From Ostrea edulis (lineage: Eukaryota), in assembly GCF_947568905.1 (NCBI RefSeq), contig NC_079165.1, forward strand, positions 95,542,001-95,606,000: a stretch of 64,000 bases of DNA. The letters run 5' to 3'. Under the pieces are notes generated by a model, which saw nothing but the letters and a program-made list of their open reading frames with translations, was not told where the DNA came from and ran no database searches. Positions 49,561 through 63,581 of this stretch are shown one piece after another. Position numbers and translations under genes: made by a program. Position 1 is the stretch's first letter. Every line of letters starts with the position of its first letter.

Positions 49561-51189
49561 TTATTAAGGTCTTCCGTAACAACGGAAGACCTTCTACTGA
49601 TTGTGCTGGTTAAGATTATTCTTATTATTCTCTCCCCCCCCTTTTTTTTCCTAGACGCTAACTTTGAAGCCTCATATCTCGCTCATTTCTGCATGGATTT
49701 TGCTCAAATTTTCAGGGTTTATAAACTTTACAGAACAATTTTAAAATCATGTACTACATTTCAGAAAACCCCTTCTGTTCACGAGTTATTCCCCTTTGAA
49801 TGAAATTTTGGGAGCTTTGGTTTCCAGACAAAGGCTCCGAGACTGTATAAGCTTGAGCAGAAAATGCATTGAAAATGAAAAGTAGGAGCATTGTAGTTGT
49901 GCACATCGTTTTTTTGTTTTTTGATTACAACGTTCGAAATGGTGGTTAACAGGATTTAAAAATTAGGACGCCTAAAGGAACAAAAAATTACACATATTTT
50001 CCTTTGTATCTTTTAAACTAAAAATATTTTGTTAAGACGTGTAGAACAAAAGTTGTGCAAAATGTTAAGAGCTTTCTTTTGAGATCCCTAAAAAGGGGCT
50101 GACCCCTTAAATTAGGGATCTGGGGATCTTCAAAGTTTTCGCTTTATAACTTAAAACGGTAAATATTTCGATATGGCTTTGGCTGGAAAAGTTGTTCTTT
50201 AACATCTTATTGATCTCATAAACGTGATATTTTGCTCGAGTATTGTGTTATATATGAGTAAAAAGCTTGACCCGCAAACAGGTAACCGTATCATTAGGTA
50301 GGTGAAGGGGGGAAAATATGCGTATAACTTACATGTAAATAAACTTGTTTTAATTGATAAACATGACTTCATGAAATGCTAATATTCTTTTAAAATAATG
50401 TTTTAACGTGATCTATGGTTCCTTTAAAAATCATCTATCGACAACTTTCTTTTTTATTTTTTAGTAGCTTTAATATAAACAATCGTTCCAAAGATAAAAA
50501 GAGGAAAAGGTTATCTCTTCTACGTTTGTTATTAAAACAACGATATATTTAATTGAAGAAACAAACCTTCAAGCATAAAATAACTCAGTCATTAACTACA
50601 GGCATCTTACAGACACCGCGGGGTTTGTTTTGGTTTACAATTATGTAACCCCCTCGAGGAACCATCGTGTGTGAACCAGGGCATGTACACAAAGTAAACA
50701 TTGTCGTCCTAAATATAACACAGAATGTTATGTTTTTGATCATATTGGATTTTTCGAATAATTCAGTCTTTCCGGGGATGTATATACTTGTTTATACGTC
50801 CCTGGTCTTACGTTTGATTTGTTTTAAATTCAAAACTCTAGAGCATTGAGTCAGGCATCAATTTTAAAATCTGCAATTTAATATACAGTTCGTTTCTCAA
50901 TCATGTCTAATTGAATGTGTGTTTAATATCGGAGATTGAACACACAAGCTTTACTCAAATTTTTCGTTGTGAAAAAGAAAATGGATACATTTTACAAAAT
51001 AACGAATTATTTCTGAACATGTTTTGAAATCAATAGTTTATAATCATGATTAAACCAAATCTAAACATGCGTATATAATATTCAGAAACCCATGGCCGAC
51101 CAGTCTCATTTCAAATGATTTGTTGTTTTATTGTTTAAAAACAATGACTTTGAATAAACATTGATTCAGAACTCCTGGTCCAAGTGAGG

Positions 51190-51227
<38 letters not shown>

Positions 51228-52150
51228 CAGGAGGATAAGGTGCTTTGACTCGAAGCATCGAAGTATGGTCTGAAATAAACTAATATTAACTTATGCTCTG
51301 TATCTGTGGATGCTATGGGAAAGCTGGATAACCATTTTTGTCGAGGGGAGGGGGGATGATGTTACATATTTCCACACAAGGATGAAAAACATCATCAGTT
51401 ACAATTTTCAGCATTTTATCGGTCCAAAAACAGGCATTGTAATTCAATGGAAAATCGTCACCGTTATTGCCCATTGCCCCTTACGGAAAAGCAATGTTTT
51501 TATGACATCTACAATATAAAACACTACTTTTTATAAAGCCTTCCCATTACAGCGAATTACAAAAGTGTAATATCTGACAATCTAACAAATGAGACTGCCT
51601 CTTCGAGCTGGAAGAACAGACAACAATATTACCGAACACTAATTATATCCCAGCAAATAAAGTTTGAGATATCGCCAAGTCCGTCTATCCGTGCAAATGT
51701 GCCCAAACCACAACTTTTAAAAATACACCGTAAGCTCATTCTTCACATAAAGATTATTAATGACCATAACATGAATATTCTTGATGTAAGGTCATTTGCA
51801 CCATTTCTAAAGGTCTAAAAATTAAAAATTTATTAGAGTCTTAATATATCTTACTAATGGCATTTTTTTTTAATTAATGCTGATTAAAAGTTTCCATATG
51901 ATCAAAGAATATGTCCTGGCCTTGACCCATGGTCACATTGTCAAGTTCACTTTTTAGAAAATACAAACCCTGTCCTGGCCATATCAAGTAACGAAAAAAC
52001 ATTTAGATTTCATACTTACAACAGATTTTCAAGTTAACTCAGGCTGCATTAGGACCTGACCCAAGGACACATGGTCAAGTTCAAGGTTTTTATGCCATAC
52101 AGCTCCGACGGAAGACCTCTCGTTGCTTTGCAACGAGCTTTGCTCTAGTT
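49561..52150 (+). mobile_element. 2.6-kb HINE
   Basis: 5' AAGGTCTTCCG..CGGAAGACCTT, 3' CGGAAGACCT subTIR followed by CTCGTTGCTTTGCAACGAG hairpin and CTAGTT. Confidence 0.78.
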
Positions 52151-53698
52151 CAATATATTATTGTAAAATTCCAATTTTACATTATTATAATTATTCATAC
52201 ATTTTAAAAATACATTAGGGCGATGCTTTACGCCAGCAAACTTCATTGGAAATGTATGTGAACATAATCAATTCTATTGTTTGTGCCTTCCAAATTACAC
52301 GCTTCGTGAAGTTTGCTGGTGTAGGTGTAATTAAAATCGCATGGAGAAAATAAATTTATGAGGTCATTAAATATTTTACTGCTTTTATTTCAGATATTTA
52401 TTAGATCAAAGAAACTAATAATATTTCTGGTCTTTCATGGGGGGAGAATCTACTCATTTCATGTTCGAAGTAAATCGAACGAGTATTAAAATCAATCTCC
52501 TAGTTCTTCCAAATTACAGGTTACAAATCTGTTCACTTCTATGACATATGCTTAGAAAATGACTAAATTAGCAAAATGTATATATTAGACAAGGATGGAT
52601 CCTGAAATTGGAGTAAGGGGGGGGGGGCAACTTTACGAGACAAGGGTTCGGGAGTGGCCTTTTTTAAAAGTAGGTATTTCCTCCCTCCTGTGACGTCATA
52701 AGATTTTGCAAAGTCAATGATTTAATAAGATTTATGCATGACAGAAACATGAATTTTGTTGGAGTCTTTTTTCAATAGTTATTGTAAATAATCTTGTTAA
52801 CCATAAAATATTTCAAAATTCTATTATAAGTTATATATGAATAATCAATTATATATTTCAAAACATTCAATCCAAGGGAAATAACTCTGTTTTCATTAAA
52901 CTAATTGTCAAGTCCACTATGCGATAGATTTCCTTTATTTTTCACCAACATTTTGTATATATATACATATTTTTAAGAAACAGTTTCATGAAATTGTTAC
53001 GAATACTATCATATCGTTTCAACCAGTTTTTGTGAAATTTTCGGATAATGCTGTTTAAAGAAAATTGCAATTTTCTGACGTTGATAATAGGTATATTGTG
53101 CTAATTTATAAAAAATTTATTGATACCGCAACATATTTGTTTTATCAGTTTTATTTCTTACTATGATATATTATTTGAAGAATCAACACTCAAATATGAG
53201 ATTAATTGAACCTGTAATTCTAGAAGGGTGGAATGACCTTATGCTGGATTTTATACTTTTCATAGGGTTTGAGATATGTCTGATATGTAGTCATTTTTAC
53301 TATTTTCTGTCACTTTTAATGAGGTGAAATTAATAAAATGACATAAATTTTAAGTTTTTCGGGGGGAAGGGGTTAGAATATATAAGTTCTGCCAGTAAAA
53401 GTAACAATGAATAAAAAAATCTTGTCATTTATTTGAGAGTAAAATTAAAAATTGTTGCTCCTTTTATCAATTATTTTTTCTTAAAAAGAGACCGTGATTT
53501 ATATTGAGCTCCCTTCCCCATAAATCCACCACTTTTACTAACCCACACTGTATCTAGCGATTGTGCCCCTTGACTAGCTCTTTGATAAAGGAGGTATATA
53601 GAGACGAGCGGGAATGGCGTTCTCAGTCGATTGTAGACCCAGATTGTTGTTGTAAATATGAAATGAAAGTATTTTTTATAGGAAAAAGTTAAACGAAA

Positions 53699-53798
53699 AT
53701 GGCATTTCCTCTAGGGACTGGCACTACACCGTTTGGTGCAACTAACACATCGTCATCAACGCCATCATTTGGTTTTGGAACGCCAATACAGTCATCAG
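53699..53798 (+). CDS. NUP54: Nucleoporin Nup54, first coding exon (MAFPLGTGTTPFG...)
   Basis: ATG in AAAATG context, FG dipeptides, G|GTAATA donor phase 1. Confidence 0.8.
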
Positions 53799-54155
53799 GT
53801 AATAGATTATAGAAAAACGTGTTATCTACTTCTAAGTCTTAGATGTTCGTCATTTTCTAATGGGAAACATACTGAACACCAAGCAGTTCACTTAAGAAAA
53901 GCTGATACATTCTTCTGTCTCATGTTTTCTTGATCTAACTGGTTATTCGGTCTTACGCAGGTACTTGCTGATCAGTGGAATTTCCCTTTGCTATATTTAG
54001 TATTTAGTGCCTAAATAGATATGTGGAAGCTTTTGCCAATTCTTTTGCATTTCCTTTTGTTAAATTATTAGAATTTTAATGTTTACAGAATCAAGTTGAT
54101 TCAGAGATAACAACAGATAATTATAATGTATTGGAATAATTTGTAGACATATATG

Positions 54156-55121
54156 TAGCTGCAGAACTGTAGCTCTCTGAAAAAATATTTTGACATAACA
54201 GAGAGCTACAGAGCCACCCCTTATAAAAACCTTCGATTTACGGCGCACGAAAAGCTGCGCACGGTTGAGACCTTATATCGTTGTATTCTTGAGTTACTGT
54301 CTCATAAATTTAATATCAAAAAATTCTTAACATATTTTCCTACTATACTTGTGTCTAAACATACCTTCAAATATTCATTAAAGCCCCACACGACCTGAAA
54401 ACTCCCAGCTTCAAATGATTTCGTTTGTTGACGTAGCCATGTTAGGTAGCCGGGTCAGTTCGTACCCTGTTGTTGTTAGTATATATTCATAAAATTCGTT
54501 ATATGTTATGTATTCGCTCTTCATTTATTATCAATACGAATAATCTATAGAAATTAAAAAAATAAAGTTTTTCTAAAGGTAAAATAAGCTCTTGATTCAT
54601 GAAAATGCTACTAAAGTCCTTAACACTCGTGTGGCAGGGATGGAGACCGCACCAGACTAATGAAAGCCGCATTGCTGTGAGTTTAGCTATTTGAATAATT
54701 ATTATTTAAAGGCACTGGGATGATATATTATTTAAAATATTTAGCTAAAATATTTGTGGGGATATTAGTTCACATCTAGACGTTATTGTGCAAGTATGGA
54801 AATTAACCAGGATTCGAATTGACCCGGCTACCTAACATGACTACGTCAATAAACGAAATCATTTGAAGCTGGGAGTTTTCAGGTCGTATGGGGCTTTAAT
54901 GAATATTTGAAGGTGTGTTTAGACACAAGTATAGTAGGAAAATATGTTAAGAATTTTTTGATATTAAATATATGAAACAGCAACTCAAGAATACAACGAT
55001 ATAAGGCCTCAACCGTGCGCAACTTTTTGTGTGCCGTAAATCGAAGGTTTTTATAAGGGGTGGCTCTGTAGCTCTCTGTTATGTCAAAATATTTTTTCAG
55101 AGAGCTACAGTTCTGCAGCTA
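54156..55121. mobile_element. Long-TIR (about 310 bp) foldback element in NUP54 intron 1
   Basis: TAGCTGCAG...CTGCAGCTA termini flanked by CATATATG on both sides (one extra A on the right). Confidence 0.8.
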
Positions 55122-55424
55122 ACATATATGAAGCATAAGAACTTCAAGGGGAAGAAGCTTTTCTTTTTCATCATCTAATGAGAAAATGTGGACATTTGTA
55201 ATATTCATTTCTTGAATGTAATCAAAAGAACATGATTAGTTATGGTTTGTGTTGTGAATTTGCATACTTGATTTTGTTGTTGTTGCTATTTAATGTATTA
55301 TTATTTGTGTACTTGTTACATATAAACAACCTCACCAACTGCTAGGGATGATGTTATCTTGTGCAACTTTATATTCATTGTTCTTTAGTTGGTTGGTTAT
55401 GTTAAACATCTCACCTAAAAAAAA

Positions 55425-55660
55425 TTCATTCATGTGGAGACATCACCATTGCTGGTGAAGGGCTGCAAAATTTAGACCTATGCTCAGCACTTAAGGCTTT
55501 TTAGCAGGGAGGGATTTTTATTGTGCCACACCTGCTGTGATATAAGGCCTCAGATTTTGCAGTCTCACCTGAAGGACCACCCCATTTAGTTGCCTCTTAT
55601 GCAGGCTCTTACGACAAGCACGGGGTACTGAGGACCAATTCTAACCCGGATCCCCACGGG
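55425..55660 (-). mobile_element. SINE fragment related to 48612-48946
   Basis: Reverse complement contains CACAGCAGGTGTGGCAC..AAAAATCCCTCCCTGCT and CCCTTCACCAG...GATGT. Confidence 0.7.
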
Positions 55661-56122
55661 TTCTTTAGATTGAAATCATCATATTGGTTGAAAATGTCTG
55701 TAAATGCAGTGAAGTTTTGGAATAGTGCAATAACATTTATCGACTCTTGCAGGTAGGTACATTCTTTGAAGGTCAGAGGTAAAACATTTGCTGTTTTCAC
55801 CGAACACCCTAATGACGGAAGGCGTAATTTTTAAAGAAGTTTAGTAATAGCAGGTTCGGTTCCAGAAGGAGACGAAATTACCGGAAAATTATATATTTTC
55901 TGATAAAAAAAATTTTGGGGTCGGAGTAAAAATATAGGTTCGATTGGGTGACCGTAAACACACATACTTTTTTTGGCCTAATCGAACATGATCAATCATT
56001 ATAAAGATACATGTACTTCAGAGGCAGAATCAAAGATATTTTGGCAACAATTGATTATCAGCGATAATCAGAACATCACTTGATCATCAAAATTGCAATT
56101 CTGAATTATTGTACCATTTTAG

Positions 56123-56352
56123 GTGCTTTTGGAACACAGCCTAAAACTACAGCTTCCACTGGCTTTACATTTGGTGCTCCAGTTGCCTCCACCACATCAG
56201 GTTTCTCATTTGGTGGAGCCCCAGCATCAAGTGCCTCCACAGGATTCTCTTTCGGTGGAGCACCTGCTTCAACTGCCTCTTCTGGCTTCTCATTTGGAGG
56301 GACAAGTACAGGAACAGGCACATCTGCATTTGCAGGAGGGACAGCTTTCCCG
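56123..56352 (+). CDS. NUP54: NUP54 FG-repeat exon
   Basis: GFSFGG repeats; AG/GT bounded, phase 1 to 0. Confidence 0.88.
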
Positions 56353-56515
56353 GTATGTATTATTTCATTGTCTCTGTAAAGTAAACTAATGAACAATTCA
56401 AGTCTGAAGATAATGAAAAATTGGTAAAAAAGGGGCAACTCTACAAAATGACAATAGGTGTTTAGACTCATCAGATTTTGGATTGCCTGCTAAGCAGTCA
56501 GGTGAAGAATATAAG

Positions 56516-57559
56516 ACTCTCTTATGAGTAGCCATGAAATATAAGGTGATTCCACCCGAGGGTTGCAAAAAAGCTGTGAAACCCGAGGCTTTGCCGAGGG
56601 TTTTACCGCTTTTTTGCAACCCCGAGGGTGGAATCACCTTAATATTTCATGGCAACTCATAAGAGAGTATTTTTCTCTCATATTTCTAGAGTTTTCCATT
56701 TTCCTTGTGCCTAGCGACGCCATTTTGAGAATTTTCCAATTAATTAATTTTTCGCTGTACATTAAAAATAACACCAGAATCGAATTCTACGACCTTTATT
56801 TTGTCAACTACGTTACCGACAAAAAATCGGCCGACGAGTGTATAAGTGAATTGTATTAGAGTTATTTCTCTTTGAATAAATCGATGCGTGACGTAACTCG
56901 ACAGTCCATCAGCGCGAAACATTTTGACAGACCTAATCAGAAAATGAATCCACAACTGCACGTTTTTTTTCTTAGAGGAGCATTGATATTGATATTAATT
57001 GAGCAGTTATTTAATGACGAATGTGTGAAGAGAGATTCCAAGTGGTTTTTGTTGGTGAATATGTCCATGGGCATGGCTAGACTTTCGTTTTTCACGCGTG
57101 CAAGGACTCGAGTCTCATAGACATTGAAGGCACTTATTTCACCTGAGACACGGACAGTAGACGTTGACAGAGTGAATGTGGAGGTAGGCCTAGAAGTAAT
57201 AGACCGTGTGGGCTGGGTTTCTGTGAACTGGCATAATGCACCGGATGACATAGGTGTATGAGGAATTTGTGACTGTTGTTGAGTGTGCAGTAATTGTTCA
57301 AGGAATGTGTATTTTTGTGTCCGGTCACATACACCTGGAGATTATCAGGGACATTACAATCTGTCATTTTTTGTACAAGAGCTTTGCAGACGCTAGTGTT
57401 TGTCAATCGAGGCGAGGTAAGTTGCAAGCTAGTTGTGTATTGATTATGACGTCACGGGATATGTAAGATAAACGTCACGTGATATGAAAGATAGAAATAT
57501 TTTGCATACCTTTCTTTCATAGAATATCTGTATCTTACATACGTAGATATGAGAGAATA
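56516..57559 (-). mobile_element. Degenerate Crypton-type element: tyrosine-recombinase C-terminal remnant plus a 150-bp palindrome
   Basis: LTNTSVCKALVQK...TGHKNTHSLNNY (57427 to about 57285) resembles the NHSxR...TGH....L..Y end of DUF3504-type recombinases; palindrome 56516-56668 with CCGAGGCTTTGCCGAGG centre. Confidence 0.6.
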
Positions 57560-58517
57560 TGAGGTTCTTCTGACATGTTTGAATTGCCAAAAAAAACCAA
57601 GATCAACAAAACTTAATGAAAGTACATGTAATCATGTTGTCTTTTTTTTTTTCTGTGGCTACGTTATGTCGATATGTGTAAAAGAAATTTGATTTACGTG
57701 TACTACTACTCAACCTAAATCTTTCACAAATCATAAATATTTAAATAACATGAATTTAATGGGAATGAAAATTAACTAACTTGTGAAATTAACCATTAAA
57801 TTTGTGAAAATTAAATCACTTGTGAAAATATTGATTTCGTATTTTTTTTAAAAATGCATTATAAGATGCTGGTGTAGGGAAATTGTGCAACAATTCTAGG
57901 TATGCGAAATTTACACCTAGTATGTAATACCTCAGCTGATTCAATCGACCATCGATGTACATTTGTTTTGATGATATCAATTGGTAGACACACCAAAATT
58001 TCAAGACAATGAGGATTTAGCATATATAACCACATTTCATCATCTTGAAGGTCCATTGGTAATGGCCAAGAGTGATTGGTGTGACTGTTTTAATAATTGT
58101 ATTTTAGTTCTGTACAATAAATCTCAGACATGCAGGATCAAATGTACATGTATGTACACATTCATTTGTTTCATCTGAAGTTGAATACACCCACTTTACT
58201 GAAACGTAAAATTTCTTTTAAACAGAAAAACACCCTAATCCCAAAAAACAAATATCTCCTTTGTTAAGGTGATGACTAATTAACAGTTTCACTGATCACA
58301 TGCCTTTGACAGTATATCAGGACCTACACTGTATGATAATGAAATTTGAAAACAGGGTGGCAGGTGGCGATGTATGAATTTGATGTTATGATGGGACATT
58401 TATGTAGCTGGAAAAGTGTCCCTGACAAAACATGGTGGCATAGACTTTAGCGGAAGTGGTGATGAATATTAATTATATCTATATGTTTTATAGATGTTTT
58501 TTGTTCTCTTTATTCAG

Positions 58518-58590
58518 AGCTTTGGATCAAACCTTGGTGGAACAAGCAGCAGCATTCCAGGCCAACCATCATTTGGCTTTGGGCTTGGAA
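58518..58590 (+). CDS. NUP54: NUP54 exon (SFGSNLGG...SFGFGLG)
   Basis: Phase 0 to 1 using the GGAA|GTAGGT donor. Confidence 0.8.
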
Positions 58591-58883
58591 GTAGGTATTC
58601 TTTTTGTTATAAATGAGAAAATGCTAACAATTATGGAATGACATGGAATATTGTGGTCAATGGACTAGTTTTGTAGAAAAAATTCTTTAAAAAAGAATGG
58701 AATTTCTCCTCATACAATGTATGTTTTCTAATTCTCATTCAACTTGACAACCCAAAAATAAAGTTCGAGGTATTTTTTTTTTTTTGGAAAAACTTTATAT
58801 TGTTTGAATCTTGATCCTGTTCACATCACATTATTTTATGATTGTCAACTTTGGTTCAAATGCAATTTCTTATGAATTTGAAG

Positions 58884-59107
58884 CACAGCAGACCAATCCC
58901 CTTCAACCCCAACAGACACAACAGGTTTCTTCAAACTTAGAAAACATCACCACAGCGGTTACTCTTCCACAGATTTATGGCGATGAAAGGGATGCCATTA
59001 TTGCTAAATGGAATCAGCTACAGGCTGCATGGGGCACAGGAAAGGGGATTTACAGTCAACATGGCAGCGTGGAATTTACCCCAGAAAATCCCTATTGCAG
59101 ATTCAAA
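58884..59107 (+). CDS. NUP54: NUP54 exon (GDERDAIIAKWNQLQAAWGTGKG...ENPYCRFK)
   Basis: Near-identical to the conserved Nup54 motif GDERDAILAKWNQLQAFWGTGKG. Confidence 0.95.
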
Positions 59108-59314
59108 GTAGGATTGTTTTCATAGTGATGAATTGTCACAGTATATACAAAATGTGTCTGTGTGCACTGACTGTCATGGACTGCATTCGTAAAAGATATG
59201 GCAAGCAACGAGACATGGAATGATAATTTTGTCTATATTGATTTGTTGAAACTATAAACTTGTCTTTACTTATTGTGCATTAGTTTCATACAGTTCATTA
59301 CTGTATTTACCTAG

Positions 59315-59502
59315 GCTGTGGGGTATAATAGACTGCCCAAAACAAAGAATGAAGATGGACTGGTGTCGTTGTTTATAAGGAACCCTGAAGCAGATGTTAG
59401 ATCTCACCAGCAGCAGATTGTCGACACGCTGTTTGGAATCTTTGGCAGCAAACCTCAACTATCTGTTTGTGTAGAAGGGATAAAGAAACTCCCAGATAAC
59501 AT
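59315..59502 (+). CDS. NUP54: NUP54 exon (AVGYNRLPKTKNEDGLV...VEGIKKLPDN)
   Basis: Continues the Nup54 alpha/beta region; phase 0 to 2. Confidence 0.93.
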
Positions 59503-61228
59503 GTAAGGAAATCTTCAGTTCATGTGGACTCAATTTTACGCATTGATATCTTTCAACCTCTAAATGGCTTACCGTTAAAAAAAGCGTCCGAATTAATTTA
59601 ACCTTGGGTTTCAGTGTTTCTTAAAATAAATTGTAGACATTTTGTATGACCCACAATTTTTTTCATACAAATCACCAAATTGCAGATTGTAGAAAACTAC
59701 AACCACCCTCACAATCAGTTTTGATTGAAATGTTATACATCCCTAATTACTGTGTATATCACAGTTCTTGGATGTCATCATTTAAATTACTTCTCCTATA
59801 TTAAGGGTAATATTTGCAGCAGTTCTCTCATTAACTGTCAGACTTTGACACGATAACTCAAACAGTTTTTATTGTACAGTTTTCAAATTTTGTACAGAAA
59901 TACTTAACAATAAGAAGAAGCCTATAGGTTTTGGAGTCATTTCACTTTGTGTGTCTGTATGGCATGATCTTTGTTATTATGAACACTTTCTTTGTGACGC
60001 AATAACTCTAACAGTTTTCATTGTACAGTTTTCAAATTTTGTACAGAAATACTTTACAATAAGAGGAAGACACCTATATATTTTGGAGTCATGTCACTTT
60101 GTCTGTTTGTATGTCATCATCTTTCTTATTATGACCGTATCTATTTACCACTGTCTAAGGGAGATAATTCAATTTGAATTTTGATACGCATTGTATTGAT
60201 ATATAGAAAATTTACAAGAAATAACTCTACAACATTGTTTATGTATATATATATATATATATATATTTATTTATTTTTTTAATGTGATGTAAAAAATGCT
60301 TGATGTTACATGTATATTGAATTAACACGTCATTCCCTGTCAACAACTTTCGATCGGGATCAGAATACGAAATAAAATTTCTTAAATCCGGTTGCAAAGT
60401 GAAACTGCTCCAAGAAATTGAATTATGTAGTAATTGCACGTTACACCTTAGAGAACTGTTCCGTTTAATAAAGAAAGTCACAAAATACCGGTAGATACAA
60501 AATGATTGGACCTTATTGATTACTGTTACCAAGCTTTCATCGGTGAAAATCTCTAAATGGCGTGTTAGCTCATACATGGTATGTCTCGGCTAGGAATAAT
60601 GGAAACTTTCTCACCTATATATGTAAAGACATATTCTATAAATTTCTATTTTTAAAAATGTAGAACGCTTATCAAATGACAATGTGTTTGAAAACGCTTA
60701 GAGCCCCGATGTCAGAATTTCCTTTTCCAAGACATCAATAAGTCAAATTCATAATCCTTTTGGAATAGTATGTACCATATTTTGTACCAGTTATCCATTT
60801 TGAATCCCCTATTACAGTTGGATTTATTTGCACTCTGTTGTGTTTGAGTGGAAGAATGTGTGTCAAACAGAAGTAATTTAAATTGCATCAGTCTCTCATA
60901 AATATGCATCATGATTCCTTTTTCACAAATTTGCATTCCAATGTATCTTTGAATATTATTAATTCTAACGTATATACCAGCCCCAAACATTGCTATATCA
61001 AATACAGATGTCACTTTCCTCTAATAACCCTCAGCGGGGTCCTTGCTGACCGTGTCAGTTTTCTAGTTTAATCTTATTATGTTCCAAAATTACATTTAAA
61101 TCGAATACGATTTTTTTTCAAATTAGGTACCATGGCTGTAACTACTGGGGCAGTCAAGGCAATTGTCTTGGTAAAAAGACTTGTTTTGAGATATAGGCAT
61201 GATAGGTACATTTTTTTTGTAGATCCAT

Positions 61229-61683
61229 TAGGACTGAAACAATACGCCCCCTTCACGATACAATAGATATTGCAATACTTATGCCACGATTCAATACTTC
61301 CAATACAATACAATTTACAGAAGAAACCAATGATAACATTGAAGAAAAATTTGATAACCAATATTCACATCAATAATTTTAAAAGCAGAATGTTTCCAAA
61401 CTGCCGAACTGTGAGATACCTGTTGACTCTGTAGTTTAAACTGATAAAGTTCATTATTGTTTTCGTAAGACTCGAGGCAAACAACAGTCTCAACATTATG
61501 TGACGCTATTTTTTCCCTCATGCAGGTAAAAAAAAATATATAAGTACAGGCCGAGCCTGATGTGTTTTACTGAACCAAATTGTAATAAACGTATCGAACC
61601 GAAAATCGAAGCAATGAATAGAACATTGAATCGAGCGTTTATATTGAACAGTATCGATATTTCGGTCAATCGATATAGCCCTA
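61229..61683. mobile_element. hAT-like MITE
   Basis: TAGGACTG...TAGCCCTA termini; 8-bp TSD AGATCCAT/AGATCTAT. Confidence 0.7.
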
Positions 61684-62107
61684 AGATCTATCATTTGTTC
61701 TGTTAACCGTTGAAACTGAATCCTCTTGGTTTGCAATCAATGTTTGCGTAACTCAAAAAGTGCCCGCTAAAAGTGTCAATTCATCATTCGTTCAATGTAA
61801 ATTCATGCTGCAAGGAGATATATTGAGTAAAGTTAAGGTTGCTGTTTTATATCCCTCAATAAGAGCCTTTCATATTTTAAACACCACAAATGTTTGTTTA
61901 TTTAAATAGAGAATTACTGTCCTAAAACACTAGGAGCATCCACATTGTGGACCCACTGAGCCTTAAGGTGGCCCTTAGATTCCCTGCCTTAAGTAACTGA
62001 AATAGGACCCTAGTTGTGGCCATGGCTACAAAAGCCTGTATATGTTTTAAAAGTTTTGGATAGGCAGCAGAACTGATGAGTAGGTTGGGTCACTGAAAAC
62101 AAGACAG

Positions 62108-62169
<62 letters not shown>

Positions 62170-62264
62170 CTGAAGTAGTTTACTATGTGTACAGTTGTAT
62201 AGGTCAGACTCTATAGGGATTGAAAACATGATGAAATGAAATCTTGATGGATTTGTATTAACAG

Positions 62265-62458
62265 GACAGAATTTGCGATCTACATATTAGAGAGGCCTGC
62301 AACAGGTCCTGCCAGAAGAATCCCAGCCAATGAAACCTGTAATTTTCTCAACGGTCAAGTTACTCAACTCAAGAGTAAGCTGTTGGTGGAGAATGTTATT
62401 CCCAAAATGGGATTCACTGAACAGGCCCTGAAGGAGTATCTAGAAACACCACCGGCAG
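62265..62458 (+). CDS. NUP54: NUP54 exon (TEFAIYILER...LKEYLETPPAG); gene continues past the window
   Basis: Matches Nup54 TEVVIYVVER...QLLQNPPAG; phase 2 to 1. Confidence 0.9.
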
Positions 62459-62622
62459 GTTAGTAAAATTCCCCAGTATCTAGAAACACCACCGGCAGGT
62501 TAGTAAAATTCCCCAGTATCTAGAAACACCACTGACAGGTTAGTAAAATTCCCCAGTGTCTAGAAACACTACCAGCAGGTTAGTAAAATTCCTGAGTATC
62601 TAGAAATGCCACCAGCAGGTTA
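62435..62622 (+). repeat. 40-bp minisatellite built from the NUP54 exon end plus 5' splice site (first block)
   Basis: Unit AGTATCTAGAAACACCACCGGCAG|GTTAGTAAAATTCCCC; TAGAAACACC at 62441 and 62481. Confidence 0.95.
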
Positions 62623-63581
62623 GGGCTGTTCCAGAAATGATCAAATGGGGGGGTTGGGCGGCAAACGATATTTTTTTGTGTGGGTGGTCGTATTTTTTCA
62701 TATTTTAATTGGTCCGTGGTTGGACTGTTAAAAAATATTTATTATGGGTAGTGGGTAGTTTCTATTGTTTTATTTTGTGCCACGTGGGTGTTGAGTTTTC
62801 AGAATATTTTTATTGTTGCTCTTGTCGTGTTGGTTACAAAACGTCTGAAGGAAAATTGAAAACGTGCTTTCGAAATGCTGCTTTCGAAATCGGAAATCGG
62901 AAGTAACATAGAACTATTCGAGTTGTCCAGCGCATAACTTTCCATTACGGCTTCAAATTAGAGGCGCGTTTAGTAGGGTCCCTTTAGACGTGATGGCGGC
63001 GAACTCTGTTCTGTAGATTATTACAGTTTACAGTGCATCGATTTTGGGAATATTTTGAAACCAATAGGTATTCCGTTTTCTAATAAAAATAGGCAAACCT
63101 TAGTTGATTTATACGAGGGTACCGATGCGTTATATTTATCAGTCGGTGTGATGGTGATATAGAGGCCTCCGGGCGCGGGCTCCATTAGAAGACGAACGAT
63201 TCGTGGAAAAACATATCCATACCCATTTCATGATAATAGCATCGTTTGGACTTCCAACATTCCCGCCATAGATGCCTTTGATTGTTGATGTGACATCGTT
63301 TCTTCAGAACTACTGTGATACAATGTTGCACAGGCATTACCGCGTCATTGACTAGAATGTTTGTCCCGAAAACCTCGCGAGATTTGTACCGTTTTCATTT
63401 TTTTAAATATTTTTGTGGTGGGTCTGGTTATTTTTTTTTTTTTTATTAGATGGGTCATTGTAAAATGAGTTTATTAATTTGATGGGTCATGGGGTAATTT
63501 TTTATTTATTTTTTATGGGTGCTTGGTATATACAAAAGGTGCCTCCCGACCCCCCCCATGTATTCATTTCTGGAATAGCGT
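62623..63581. mobile_element. PIF/Harbinger-like MITE splitting the minisatellite
   Basis: GGGCTGTTCCAGAAATGA...TCATTTCTGGAATAGCGT imperfect TIR, TTA target duplication. Confidence 0.7.

Noticed and set aside
62073-62110. CTGATGA...GAAA next to (TA)n as another hammerhead
   Set aside because: No helix II, no stem I complement and no foldback partner
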